In this document: piece by piece, positions 1-10,002 of the stretch
How positions within the stretch are numbered: the stretch's first letter is position 1
How the letters are laid out: each line of letters begins with the position of its first letter
Source of the DNA: Candidatus Woesebacteria bacterium RBG_13_46_13
Lineage (GTDB): Bacteria > Patescibacteriota > Microgenomatia > UBA8517
DNA length: 64,000 nt
Direction: 5' to 3'
Assembly: GCA_001791995.1 (NCBI GenBank)
Contig: MGFR01000003.1
Coordinates: 89,543-153,542, forward strand
Notes under the pieces: model-generated
Told to the model about the DNA's origin: nothing
Databases searched by the model: none
The model's input: only the letters and a program-made list of their open reading frames with translations
Position numbers and translations under genes: made by a program

Positions 1-399
1 CCTGAATATCCAAAAGAGTAAAGAGGTAATGAGAGAAAGTAAAAACGAAAAGCCGATATAGGCGAGAATCCCCTCCAGGCTTATCGCCGGGAAATCGAAA
101 TACTTAGTCGTAAGCCCGGCAAAAAGGAATTGGATAATCTTAAATCCCGGCACAACCAAGGTCACCAGATATAGGGCAATAGCCGAAGAAACCCACTTAA
201 AAAGACCGAATGTAATCAGGTTTATGGGTAAAAGCAGGATATTGATTATCGGTTTGGCCAGCATGGTTGTAATCGTTAGGGCAACACCGGCCAAAAGCAG
301 GGTCTGGTAGCCGTTTTCGAAAATCATTCCTGAAGTCAGTTGAGAAGCCAGATAAAGCGCAAACGTATCCAAAACATAGTGTCTGATAATTTTTCTCAT
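1..399 (-). CDS. Partial (N-terminal part in window) small membrane protein, DUF360 / phage-holin-4-like family; the gene runs off the left edge
   Basis: Minus-strand ATG at 399, no stop before the window edge. Hand translation MRKIIRHYVLDTFALYLASQLTSGMIFENGYQTLLLAGVALTITT... is hydrophobic and resembles the YvlD/DUF360 family. It is absent from the ORF track because the ORF is not closed. Confidence 0.4.
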   Translation of the reverse strand, partial: MRKIIRHYVLDTFALYLASQLTSGMIFENGYQTLLLAGVALTITTMLAKPIINILLLPINLITFGLFKWVSSAIALYLVTLVVPGFKIIQFLFAGLTTKYFDFPAISLEGILAYIGFSFLLSLITSLLFWIFR

Positions 400-430
400 T
401 ACTTCTTAAGTATCGCTTTAAATCCTGAGA

Positions 431-461
431 CTTGTCAAGAAATCAAATCTTTCTTGACAAG
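431..461. promoter_or_regulatory. Perfect 12-bp inverted repeat (cttgtcaagaaa-N7-tttcttgacaag) overlapping the uvrC stop codon. It contains TTGACA on both strands. On the minus strand TTGACA-N17-GATACT lies 10 nt before the downstream ATG at 399.
   Basis: Read directly from the sequence. Arms at 431-442 and 450-461. Confidence 0.4.
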
Positions 462-1772
462 AAAGTGGTGATAGCGTCGGGCAAATCTGTGCGCTTCGTC
501 TCTTAATCTTTGAATCAAGTTTAAGGCTGGAGGTTTTAGGCGTACCTCGACAAAGTTCGCCATAACTCCCTGCGGATTTGGAATCACCAAAGTTTCCATT
601 CTTTTGGCCAATCCGACAACGGGAACACCCTCTTTCAGGAAAACCTCTCTGAACGTCGTTACCTGAGCTTTACCTCCGTCAACAACTATCAGGTCGGGTC
701 TACCCCAACCCCTAAGACTTTTAACGCGCCTGGCGGCAATTTCTCTCATGGCGGCAATATCGTCGGCTTTTCTAATAGTTCTAATTTTAAAATGCCGATA
801 GAGGCTTTTTTCCGGTTGCCCGTTGATAAACGTCACCATGGAAGCCGTTTGTTTGGTACCACCAAGATGGGCAACATCAAAACATTCGATTCTGGCTAAT
901 TTATTCTTAACCGGTAAATATTTAGAGATTACTTTCTCTAATTCATTGGATTCAGAAGCCAGGATATCCTCGGAAAGGTTGGGATTTTCTATAAAATCCG
1001 AGACAGGAGTAATCGGTTGAAGAATGTATTCAAGTTTTTGGATTTTTTCTCGTATTTGGGCTGCCGCTTCGTATCCTTGGTTTTTCGAAAGAATTGCCAT
1101 CTGCCTATACAAAGATTGAATTACGGCTTTTGAACGCCTCGAGAGAATATTTTTAAGCATCCGTAAATTACTTCGGTATTTTCGGCGAAGAGCTTGTTTG
1201 GTTTGTATATCGGTCTGGGCTTCGATGCTAGACGGGCAGGGATTGCAAAACCCTATCTGTGAATAAATACAGGCTTTCTTGCCCAATTTATGATCCGAGT
1301 AGGGAATAATTTTCCTCAGCATCCTCAGAACGCTTCTGACGTTGGTTGAAGATGGAAAGGGGCCGTATGTAACCAAGCTGGCCAGTTGGTCGGATTTTCG
1401 GGCGGTTATAACCCTGGGGTATTTTTCCCTGGTAATTTTTATATAGAGAGGGTGTTTGTCATCTTTGGCCACAGTATTGTATGGGGGCTGTTCGCTACGA
1501 ATGAGCTCCGCCTCCAAAAGCAAGGCTTCCAATTCGCTTTCGGATTTGACGTAAATAAAGTATTCCGCCTCAGTCAACATTTTCCGGGTCTTTGGTCCGA
1601 TATGGATAGTCAGGTAAGAATTTAACCTGCTGCGTAAGCTTTTGGCCTTACCTACATAGAGGGCTTCTTTGCCTAAGAAGAAGATATAAATACCCGGGAC
1701 TTCCGGAATCTTCTTAAATTCGGATTTAGTTATTGGGAGGTGGGGCCTTTGGGATAGAATCCTTTTTAACAT
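435..1772 (-). CDS. uvrC: Excinuclease ABC subunit C (UvrC)
   Basis: N-terminal GIY-YIG motif (GIYIFFLGKEALYVGKAKSLRSRLNSY), UvrC homology region, C-terminal HhH region. 445 aa. Confidence 0.9.
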   Translation of the reverse strand: MLKRILSQRPHLPITKSEFKKIPEVPGIYIFFLGKEALYVGKAKSLRSRLNSYLTIHIGPKTRKMLTEAEYFIYVKSESELEALLLEAELIRSEQPPYNTVAKDDKHPLYIKITREKYPRVITARKSDQLASLVTYGPFPSSTNVRSVLRMLRKIIPYSDHKLGKKACIYSQIGFCNPCPSSIEAQTDIQTKQALRRKYRSNLRMLKNILSRRSKAVIQSLYRQMAILSKNQGYEAAAQIREKIQKLEYILQPITPVSDFIENPNLSEDILASESNELEKVISKYLPVKNKLARIECFDVAHLGGTKQTASMVTFINGQPEKSLYRHFKIRTIRKADDIAAMREIAARRVKSLRGWGRPDLIVVDGGKAQVTTFREVFLKEGVPVVGLAKRMETLVIPNPQGVMANFVEVRLKPPALNLIQRLRDEAHRFARRYHHFLVKKDLIS

Positions 1773-3630
1773 TTCTGATTTTTAATAATAGATCCCTATA
1801 CCTTTTGCCAATGATACTTAGATTTATTTTTTTCAGCCTGATAAGTACAAAGATGATAACTGCCGCCAGGACGACGAATACGATTATCAGGTTGTAGATT
1901 ATAACCTGATTTTTAAAAGTTGGCACGCTTATCTCCTTATCTGCTGCCACAATTTTAACCAGGTTGGGAGTATCTTTGGCCAAAAAGCTAAAAGGTACCA
2001 CGACTTGAATTTTGGTCGAAGCATAAGGCGGCAATACTTCGATAATGGTTTTACTCGACAGCTTATTGTCGAAATAAATATGGGGTTGCAAATCATAAAG
2101 GGCTACGGGGCCGGGATTTTTGATATTTACCGCGAGTTTACTTCCAAAAAAGGGAATGCCCCTTTGGGGCACTACGGTTATTTCGGGATGGCTGATTCTT
2201 TCTTCAGGGAGCTGACCGAAATTGACAAACACATCCTTTTGCGGGTTGGAGCCCAATTTATACGAACCCGGAGGGTAAGGCTTTAGGGGGTCCTTACCGT
2301 GAACCACAAAAGTGAAGTGGCGAAGGTCAAGTTTGGTAAAATAGTCCACTCCTCCAGTGGTTGAGGCCCAGGTCGGGTCGATAGGAATCCAGCTTTTGCT
2401 CTCATCGCTCCAGTATTCCGGCCAAGAATGGAGTACGTCCGCGACCAAGCTTAAGGGCTGGATTTGAGGGTTTTCGGTGTAGGCAAAACCGTTAACTTCC
2501 CGGGCCGGAATTCCCGCAGAACGGGCTAGGGCAATAAAGAGGTCGGTAAATTCCATGCAGATAGCGTTTTTGGGGCTGTTTAAAGCCTCTACGGCCCCCA
2601 TTCTTTCCACGTTGGGCCTGACCCGTTCGTAATCATAAGAGAGGGTTTTAGCAACAAAGTCGTATATCTGCTTGGCAGTTTGTAACCTTCTGGCGGTATC
2701 CTTAATAACGGGATTGGAAGTTTGCCAGTACTGGGTTTCTTTCAAATCATTGGCCAGAGTTTCTTTGGTGGGTTTAGGGAACGGTCTGACAGTTGCAAAG
2801 ATCTGTACCGAGCCCTTGGCCCGAATATCGACTCTTTCGCGCGGTTCGAGTTCGTAGGCAGCTATCCAATTCCCGTCCTCATCGATACTCACGTTTTTGG
2901 GAGCTGGGGTAATCTCCTGGAAATACACTTTTTGTAATGCCGTATCAGGGGGCAAAGCTATCTCCGTAGTGGTTTTTTTGCCTATCGGGTTTTCCAAATG
3001 GTAGCTCAGATCGAAAGAGAAAACCTGGAAAGCTCCGAATCCGGCAGTGATTCCCGTCTTTTCAACGCTTTCTTTGCCAAACTTGTAAAGATTAAGCCCT
3101 GCTTCTTGCTTTAGCGAGTCGGGTTTGGGAGACATATAAGCCTCATTGCCCAAAGACGTAGGTATAATAAGAGAAAGAGAGTAGGAACGGAAAGAGTTGT
3201 CTTCGGAAAGTCTGGGAATCGAAATTTCCCAAACCTCCCCGGTGCGTGTTGCGAATCCGGAATTGTTAAAACTGACGCTGAAGATTTGCGACTTGCCTTT
3301 GCCGACAACCGTATCGTCGAAGAAAACGGTGAGGATGGTTTTACTTCCTTCTTTAGCCTGTTCAACTCTTAAGGCCCTGCCTTCCTTTGAAGCTTTGACG
3401 TCGGAAGGCTCTATATTGTCCAAGACCAACCTGTAAGAAGTGGCGTAGAGATTGGAAACCGTATTTTCCAGAGTGAAATTGTGGGTTACAGTCACCCCAC
3501 CGCCCTCAAGAACCCGATACTCTACGTTTACATCAGTAATAAATTCTCCCTGGGCCGAAGCCTGGTGTATAAACAAAAAAGCGAAGATAATCGCAAGAAC
3601 AATACCCGACAAAACCTTGAGAATTTTCAT
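1726..3630 (-). CDS. Secreted transglutaminase-like domain protein with a C-terminal TM anchor
   Basis: Signal peptide MKILKVLSGIVLAIIFAFLFIHQASA from the ATG at 3630. The longer ORF to 3723 has an N-terminal extension with no signal character. Transglutaminase-like core NAICMEFTDLFIALARSAGIPAREVNGFAY ... HSWPEYW. C-terminal hydrophobic helix IIYNLIIVFVVLAAVIIFVLI. Confidence 0.6.
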   Translation of the reverse strand: MKILKVLSGIVLAIIFAFLFIHQASAQGEFITDVNVEYRVLEGGGVTVTHNFTLENTVSNLYATSYRLVLDNIEPSDVKASKEGRALRVEQAKEGSKTILTVFFDDTVVGKGKSQIFSVSFNNSGFATRTGEVWEISIPRLSEDNSFRSYSLSLIIPTSLGNEAYMSPKPDSLKQEAGLNLYKFGKESVEKTGITAGFGAFQVFSFDLSYHLENPIGKKTTTEIALPPDTALQKVYFQEITPAPKNVSIDEDGNWIAAYELEPRERVDIRAKGSVQIFATVRPFPKPTKETLANDLKETQYWQTSNPVIKDTARRLQTAKQIYDFVAKTLSYDYERVRPNVERMGAVEALNSPKNAICMEFTDLFIALARSAGIPAREVNGFAYTENPQIQPLSLVADVLHSWPEYWSDESKSWIPIDPTWASTTGGVDYFTKLDLRHFTFVVHGKDPLKPYPPGSYKLGSNPQKDVFVNFGQLPEERISHPEITVVPQRGIPFFGSKLAVNIKNPGPVALYDLQPHIYFDNKLSSKTIIEVLPPYASTKIQVVVPFSFLAKDTPNLVKIVAADKEISVPTFKNQVIIYNLIIVFVVLAAVIIFVLIRLKKINLSIIGKRYRDLLLKIRNVKKDSIPKAPPPNN

Positions 3631-3655
3631 AGATTTAGTATAAATGAACTTGAAG

Positions 3656-6601
3656 CTATTTGTAAGGCGACTCTTGCAGGAATTTCCCAGTATAGGACCC
3701 ATCGTTTTTCTTGATATCGACAACCGTCCCTTTGGCTACGACATTTCCTCCGTCTTCGCCTCCTTCGGGTCCCAAATCAATAATCCAATCAGCATTTTTG
3801 ATTACGTCCAAATTATGCTCTATCAGAAATACCGAGTTGCCTTTATCCACCAAAAGCCTCAGCACCTTTAATAGCCGCTCCACGTCCGCAAAGTGGAGCC
3901 CGGTTGTGGGTTCATCGAGAATATATACGGTTTTACCGGTGGCCCTTTTGGAAAGCTCTGTTGCCAACTTAACCCTTTGGGCCTCACCTCCCGAGAGCGT
4001 GGTTGCGGGCTGGCCGAGTTTCATATAGCCCAAACCTACATGTTCCAAGGTTTCCAGTTTGGCCAGAATTTTCGGATGGGAGTGAAAAAACTCGAGCGAA
4101 TCGTTTACCGTCATTGCCAAAACTTCCGCGATATTCTTACCCCTGTAGCTAACCTCCAAGGTTTGAGAGCTATACCTTTTACCCCCACAGACATCGCAGG
4201 TAATCCAAATGTCACTCATAAACTGCATTTCTATCTTTATTTGTCCTTGACCCTCACAGGCTTCACATCTGCCGCCTCTTAGATTGAAAGAAAATCTGCC
4301 TTTCTTAAATCCCATTGCTCTGGCCTCTCTGGTATTGGCAAAAACCTCCCGTACGGGGTCAAAAACTCCGGTATAGGTCGCGGGGTTACTCCTTGGGGTT
4401 CTGCCGATAGGGGATTGGTCGATAAGGATTACCTTGTCGATATTTTCTTTGCCCTCGAGCCTTATAAACTTGCCCACGTTTCCCCTGTAAAGAGGGTTAA
4501 GATAACTGCTTAAAGCGGGAAATAAAGTTTCTACGAGTAAAGTAGATTTACCCGAACCCGACACCCCGGTAATACAAACCAGCTTACCTAAAGGAAAATC
4601 CACATCAATGCCTTTTAGGTTAAATTGTGAAGCTCCGAAGACGGAGAGCGAAACCGGATTTTTGAGCAAAGATTGGGTTTTTAAAATATCTATTCTTCTT
4701 TTTCCGGACATAAACTTACCGGTCAGGGATTTTGGATTTGCTGAAATTTGTTTGGCCGTCCCCGTAGCGACTATCTCTCCCCCATCTTCCCCCGCACCCG
4801 GTCCAAAATCGATGACATGATCTGCGCTTCCGATCATTTCCCTGTCGTGTTCGACCACGACCACTGTGTTTCCCAAATCCCTCAATCTTTTAAGGGTGTC
4901 TATCAGCTTTTTATTGTCCCTTTGGTGAAGCCCGATGGTAGGCTCATCCAAGACATACAAGACTCCGGTTAAGCCCGAGCCTATTTGCGAAGCCAGACGG
5001 ATTCTTTGGGCTTCTCCTCCAGATAAACTCCCCGCTTCCCTATCCAGGGTTAAATATTCCAGACCCACCGAGATTAAAAACTTCAGCCTTTGTTCTATTT
5101 CTTTGATAATTAGCTTCGCAATTTCTTTCTCTCTGGCACTGACTTGGGTGTTTAGATTAAGAGAATTTACCCACTCGAGAGTTTTACTTACCGAGTTTGA
5201 GGTTAAAGCGGATATGGATTGGCTCAAGATGGTTACCGAGAGGGATTCCGGCTTTAGCCTGCTACCCTTACAAGTTGCGCAAAGCTGTTCCCTCATATAT
5301 TTCTCTATTTCTCCTTTGACATAATCTGAAGTCGACTCCCTGTATCTTCTTTCCAAATCGGCAACAATTCCTATAAACCTTTCGTAAATCCGGGTAAAGC
5401 GTCCCCAGCGGTTGGTACCTTCGACCATGTATTCGAAATCTCCTGTTCCGTAAAGCAGAATATCTATTTCGTCGGAAGACAGGTTTTTAATCGGAGTTTT
5501 TGGATCAATACCGTTTTCTTTGCAAACCTCAAGGTAGAGTCTTGAAACCCAAGTGTCGTGTTCGAACATGGTTGCGAAAGGCAGAATTGCCCCTTCGGTA
5601 ATCGATATTTCCGGAGCAAAGATAAAACTAGGTTCCACTTTCAGGATTTTTCCCAAACCAGAGCAGGAAGGACAAGCACCATGAGGAGAGTTGAAAGAAA
5701 AAGTACGGGGTTCTATCTCCGGAATCTGGATATTGTCGGTCGGACAGGCAAATTTCTCGGAGAATAAATGGTTTTCGAATTTCTTGGGATACTCGGGCAT
5801 CTCAAAACCTACGTCCTTAATCTGCGCCAGAACCGCATTGCCTTCCGAAAGATTCAAGGCCTGCTGAAAAGAGTCAGCCAGTCTGGAGCGCAGGTTGTCT
5901 ATAAAAACCTTATCTCTGATGTTGCCGAGACTTAGGCTTAGCTTATCTATAACAACTTCTATGGTGTGCTTATTAGTTTTTATGAGCACAAAGTCTTCCG
6001 ATAAATCTTTGATATACCCGTCAACTCTTAATTGTTTGTAGCCTTTGGCTTTTAGGTTATCGAAAAGGGACGAGAATTCTCCCTTTCTGTCGGAAACGAC
6101 AGGAGAAAGAATCATAAACCTGCCGACTTTGCCCTTCTTGGTTTCTTCACTTATAAGAGAAAAAGATTGTTCGACAATTTGATCAATGGACTGATGTGAG
6201 ATTTCCCTGCCGCAGACGGGACAATGGGGATGGCCGATGCGGGCGAAGAGAAGTCGCAGATAATCGTAGACTTCGGTAACGGTCCCCACCGTAGAGCGTG
6301 GATTTCTGGAGGTAGTTTTTTGATCGATGGAAATTGCGGGGGATAATCCTTCTATGTGGTCCACATCCGGCTTTTCCATAATCCCCAAAAATTGCCGGGC
6401 ATAAGTCGAAAGACTCTCCACATAACGCCTTTGACCTTCCGCGTAGAGAGTATCGAAAGCCAAAGAGCTTTTGCCACTACCGGAAACTCCCGTCAGAACA
6501 ACAAGTTTGTTCTTGGGTATTTCCAGATTGATATTTTTGAGGTTATGCTGACGCGCCCCTCTTATTCGTATTGTGTTTTCCATAACACGCAAACTTCCCA
6601 T
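3656..6601 (-). CDS. uvrA: Excinuclease ABC subunit A (UvrA). The true start is probably the internal MENTIRIRGARQHNLKN at 6583.
   Basis: Two ABC ATPase modules (GVSGSGKSSLAFD ; GVSGSGKSTLLVE), LSGGEAQR signatures, zinc-finger CxxC pairs. 981 aa. Confidence 0.95.
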   Translation of the reverse strand: MGSLRVMENTIRIRGARQHNLKNINLEIPKNKLVVLTGVSGSGKSSLAFDTLYAEGQRRYVESLSTYARQFLGIMEKPDVDHIEGLSPAISIDQKTTSRNPRSTVGTVTEVYDYLRLLFARIGHPHCPVCGREISHQSIDQIVEQSFSLISEETKKGKVGRFMILSPVVSDRKGEFSSLFDNLKAKGYKQLRVDGYIKDLSEDFVLIKTNKHTIEVVIDKLSLSLGNIRDKVFIDNLRSRLADSFQQALNLSEGNAVLAQIKDVGFEMPEYPKKFENHLFSEKFACPTDNIQIPEIEPRTFSFNSPHGACPSCSGLGKILKVEPSFIFAPEISITEGAILPFATMFEHDTWVSRLYLEVCKENGIDPKTPIKNLSSDEIDILLYGTGDFEYMVEGTNRWGRFTRIYERFIGIVADLERRYRESTSDYVKGEIEKYMREQLCATCKGSRLKPESLSVTILSQSISALTSNSVSKTLEWVNSLNLNTQVSAREKEIAKLIIKEIEQRLKFLISVGLEYLTLDREAGSLSGGEAQRIRLASQIGSGLTGVLYVLDEPTIGLHQRDNKKLIDTLKRLRDLGNTVVVVEHDREMIGSADHVIDFGPGAGEDGGEIVATGTAKQISANPKSLTGKFMSGKRRIDILKTQSLLKNPVSLSVFGASQFNLKGIDVDFPLGKLVCITGVSGSGKSTLLVETLFPALSSYLNPLYRGNVGKFIRLEGKENIDKVILIDQSPIGRTPRSNPATYTGVFDPVREVFANTREARAMGFKKGRFSFNLRGGRCEACEGQGQIKIEMQFMSDIWITCDVCGGKRYSSQTLEVSYRGKNIAEVLAMTVNDSLEFFHSHPKILAKLETLEHVGLGYMKLGQPATTLSGGEAQRVKLATELSKRATGKTVYILDEPTTGLHFADVERLLKVLRLLVDKGNSVFLIEHNLDVIKNADWIIDLGPEGGEDGGNVVAKGTVVDIKKNDGSYTGKFLQESPYK

Positions 6602-6633
6602 CGGATTACCGACGGATGAGTTAGTATAACAAA

Positions 6634-8661
6634 CTAGACGGTGATTTCCTTAATCTTGTCCCTAATCTCCGCCGCCAATTCAAAATTCAAATCCTGGGCG
6701 GCCAAAAGCATTTCTTTCCTTAGATTATTCACTAAACGTTTTTTATCCATTGGCGTGAGTCCATCCATGTCTATATGCGGAAGCTTAAGGAATAATGATT
6801 CTTTCTTGCCAAATAATCTTTCCATTCCGGTTTCCTGCTCTTTTTCTACCACCTTTTCCCGGATTGGCTTATGAATTGATTTGGGCGTAATTCCTATCTT
6901 CTTATTCATTTTTATTTGATACTTTCTCCTTCTGCCGACTTCATCCAAGGCTCTTTGCATCGAACCTGTAACCCTATCTGCATACATAATTACCCTTCCT
7001 TCCACATGTCTGGCAGCTCGACCCATGGTTTGAATAAGGGTGACGTCGCTTCTTAAAAAGCCTTCCTTGTCGGCATCCAAAATTGCCACCAAAGATACTT
7101 CGGGAAGGTCCAGTCCTTCTCTTAACAGATTAATTCCCACCAAAACATCGTAGTTGCCGCGTCTTAAGTCGTCTAAAATATCCGTACGGTCCAACGTTTT
7201 AACGTCGGAGTGCAGATAGTGAACTTTTAAGCCTTGTTCCGCCAGATATTCTGACAAATCCTCGGCTGTTCGTTTAGTTAAAGTGGTAACCAGAGTCCTT
7301 TGTTTCTTTTTAGCCTGCTTTTTAATCTCTTTAATAACATCGGCCACCTGGTGCTTGGTCGGTCTAATCTCTACCTCCGGGTCCGGTATGCCCGTAGGTC
7401 TTAAGAGTTGTTCGACCACCTGTCCGTTTTCCTTTGCTTGGGAAAGTTCCCATTCGGCGGGAGTGGCAGAGGTGGCAATGAAATTGGGAATTCTGCGCAT
7501 AAACTCTTCAAACCTTAGGGGACGGTTATCAATGGCTGCGGGAAGTCTGAATCCGTAATCTATTAGTGTTTGTTTTCGGGAAAGGTCACCGTTATACATT
7601 CCTCTAATCTGGGGGAAAGTCATGTGGGACTCGTCAATTATTACCAGCCAATCTTTCTTATATGGTTCGTTGAAATAATCCAGAAGGCTAAAGGGCGCAT
7701 CCCCCGGAGAACGGCCGTCAAAATATCTGGAATAATTCTCTATCCCTTTGACATAACCGAACTCCTTAATCATTTCCAAATCGTAGCTTACCTTTTGTTG
7801 TATTCTTTGGGCTTCCAATAGCTTGCCGTGCTTCTTAAAAAGGCTAACCCTCTCTTCCATATCGCCTTTTATTTGTTCAAATACTTCCTGGTTTTTGGCA
7901 GGGTCGGTGATGAAATGCTTGGCCGGGTAAAGAACATAGACCGAAGGGTCGTATCCGCCCAATTTAACCTTTTCCCCGGTTACGGTATTGATATAGTCAA
8001 CTTTACTTATCTTTTCCCCCTTTAGCTCTATTCTCATTCCCTCATCAATATAGGCGGGGTAAATATCAACAGTGTCACCCCTGACCCTGAAAGTTCCCCG
8101 GTGGAATCCGAACTCGCTTCTTTTGTACTGCAGATCAATTAGCCTGTCGATTATCTGTTCCCTGGCTATCTTCATGCCTTCCGCAAACTCGAATACAAAG
8201 TGACCGTATTCCCTCGGAGAGCCGATGTTATAGATGCATGAGACGGAGGCAACAACGATAGTATCGGATCTCGTAAGGAGATTTGCGGTTGCCGCCAGTC
8301 GTAGCTTGTCTATCAACTCGTTAATGTCCGAATCCTTCTCGATATAGGTATCGGTTGAAGGAATATACGCCTCGGGCTGATAGTAGTCGTAGTAGGAAAC
8401 GAAGTAGGACACCGCATTTTTGGGAAAAAAGTCCCTCAACTCCTGGTAAAGTTGTGCGGCCAGGGTTTTGTTGTGGGAGATAATCAGGGTCGGCTTTTGC
8501 AGCTTTTGGATGACATTGGCCATGGTGAAGGTTTTCCCCGAACCGGTTACCCCCAAGAGAACCTGATACTTTTTGCCTTTAACAACAGCCTTGGCCAGTT
8601 TATCGATGGCTTGAACCTGGTCAGCGATCGGCTTGAAGGTGGACTTAAGCTTAAATTTCAT
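6634..8661 (-). CDS. uvrB: Excinuclease ABC subunit B (UvrB)
   Basis: Helicase motifs (GVTGSGKT Walker A ; DESH), beta-hairpin region, C-terminal UvrB/UvrC interaction helix. 675 aa. Confidence 0.95.
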   Translation of the reverse strand: MKFKLKSTFKPIADQVQAIDKLAKAVVKGKKYQVLLGVTGSGKTFTMANVIQKLQKPTLIISHNKTLAAQLYQELRDFFPKNAVSYFVSYYDYYQPEAYIPSTDTYIEKDSDINELIDKLRLAATANLLTRSDTIVVASVSCIYNIGSPREYGHFVFEFAEGMKIAREQIIDRLIDLQYKRSEFGFHRGTFRVRGDTVDIYPAYIDEGMRIELKGEKISKVDYINTVTGEKVKLGGYDPSVYVLYPAKHFITDPAKNQEVFEQIKGDMEERVSLFKKHGKLLEAQRIQQKVSYDLEMIKEFGYVKGIENYSRYFDGRSPGDAPFSLLDYFNEPYKKDWLVIIDESHMTFPQIRGMYNGDLSRKQTLIDYGFRLPAAIDNRPLRFEEFMRRIPNFIATSATPAEWELSQAKENGQVVEQLLRPTGIPDPEVEIRPTKHQVADVIKEIKKQAKKKQRTLVTTLTKRTAEDLSEYLAEQGLKVHYLHSDVKTLDRTDILDDLRRGNYDVLVGINLLREGLDLPEVSLVAILDADKEGFLRSDVTLIQTMGRAARHVEGRVIMYADRVTGSMQRALDEVGRRRKYQIKMNKKIGITPKSIHKPIREKVVEKEQETGMERLFGKKESLFLKLPHIDMDGLTPMDKKRLVNNLRKEMLLAAQDLNFELAAEIRDKIKEITV

Positions 8662-8722
8662 AACCTAAATATTCTACCATAGTTTTGGGTTTATTTTGGG
8701 TCTTGACTAGTTCGGGTTTTAT

Positions 8723-9358
8723 TTGTATTTTCTATATATGGCACCGATAATTTACAAAAGACAGGGTCAAATACTCGACTTCATCAAGCAGCACATTCAA
8801 GCAACCGGTTCGGCCCCTACCCTAAAACAAATCGCTGACGCGATAGGTGTCTCTTCCCTGGCTACAGTTCATGAACACCTGCAAACCCTTGAGGAAAAGG
8901 GCTTAATCAAGCGCAAAATCGGCAAAACCAGATCAATTGAGCTTACCTCGTCTAACGTCGATTATTCTGCAGTGGGAATGGATGTCCCCATACTGGGCTT
9001 TATCGCCGCAGGAACCCCTATAGAGCCCTACACCGACCCCAATGCCACCATGAGTATTCCTTCGCCCTTTGTTACCGGCAGAAAGCGGGTGTATGTTCTT
9101 CAGGTGCGGGGAGAAAGCATGATTGAAGAACAGATAAGAGACGGAGATTATGTTGTTGTAGAACAGGCGGAACATGCCAACAACGGCGAAATCGTAGTTG
9201 CCCTGCTGGATAACGGGATGGCCACCTTAAAAAGGTTTTTCAGGGAGGCAACCAGAATAAGATTGGAGCCGGCCAATGCCAAGATGAGCCCCATCTTTGT
9301 CAAAAACGTCAGGATTCAGGGAAAAGTGGTTGGGCTGATCAGAAAGTATAAAAATTAA
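8723..9358 (+). CDS. lexA: LexA repressor (S24 peptidase). The start may be the second ATG at 8738.
   Basis: N-terminal winged HTH (LKQIADAIGVSSLATVHEHLQTLEEKGLI) and C-terminal S24 autopeptidase (GESMIE ... K in the RFFREA region). Confidence 0.85.
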   Translation: MYFLYMAPIIYKRQGQILDFIKQHIQATGSAPTLKQIADAIGVSSLATVHEHLQTLEEKGLIKRKIGKTRSIELTSSNVDYSAVGMDVPILGFIAAGTPIEPYTDPNATMSIPSPFVTGRKRVYVLQVRGESMIEEQIRDGDYVVVEQAEHANNGEIVVALLDNGMATLKRFFREATRIRLEPANAKMSPIFVKNVRIQGKVVGLIRKYKN

Positions 9359-9984
9359 GCTTCTCTTCTTCTCTTGAGGTGGGTATAGATATAAAAACCT
9401 ACAGCTGCGATTCCTAAACCGACAATCACGAACTGAAATTTTCTGAAGTAAGGTTCAATTGCCAGCCAATTCTCACCGAGTTTTAAGCCGATATATGCCA
9501 GAAATCCGGACCATAAAAGTGAACCGATAAAGGTCAGTAAGGAAAAAAGAGGCAGGTTCATTTTGGCGATTCCTGCCGGAAGTGAAATAAAGGTCCTGAC
9601 AATCGGCAGCAGCCTTGAGGCAAAGGTTATCCCCTGACCGTATTTTTGATACCAATCCTTCGCCTTATCGTATTCATGCTCCCGGATAAGGAGCCACTTG
9701 CCCCATTTCCTGATGGCGAGCCTGACCCATTCTTCGCCTTTAACGTAACCCAACCAGTAGGCCAAGAGGGAACCCGTAAGGTTCCCGATGGCACCGATAA
9801 GGATGGCTACCCAAAAATTCATGACCCCCATGCCGGCAAGAAAACCGGCAAAAGGCATGGTAATCTCCGAAGGAATGGGAATTAGAGCCGACTCTGCCGT
9901 CATCAAAACAAATACGGCCAAAAGTCCGTAGGAAGAAATGAGACTGGTGAGGTTTGCTACAAAAAATTGGGTAATCTCCTGCAT
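9355..9984 (-). CDS. DedA/SNARE-associated (TVP38) family membrane protein
   Basis: Conserved DedA motifs (YGLLAVFVLMTAESALIPIPSE ; ASRLLPIVRTFISLPAG). Confidence 0.8.
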   Translation of the reverse strand: MQEITQFFVANLTSLISSYGLLAVFVLMTAESALIPIPSEITMPFAGFLAGMGVMNFWVAILIGAIGNLTGSLLAYWLGYVKGEEWVRLAIRKWGKWLLIREHEYDKAKDWYQKYGQGITFASRLLPIVRTFISLPAGIAKMNLPLFSLLTFIGSLLWSGFLAYIGLKLGENWLAIEPYFRKFQFVIVGLGIAAVGFYIYTHLKRRREA

Positions 9985-10002
9985 AGAATATAAATTCTAT
10001 AC

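Noticed and set aside
823-8025. Many 60-130-aa plus-strand ORFs inside uvrC, uvrA and uvrB
   Set aside because: Antisense shadows within long, well-supported minus-strand genes. No independent signals.
8662-8737. LexA box upstream of lexA/uvrB
   Set aside because: Looked for CTGT-N8-ACAG and CGAAC-N4-GTTCG palindromes and found only partial matches (AGTTCG without a partner). Not reported as a feature.
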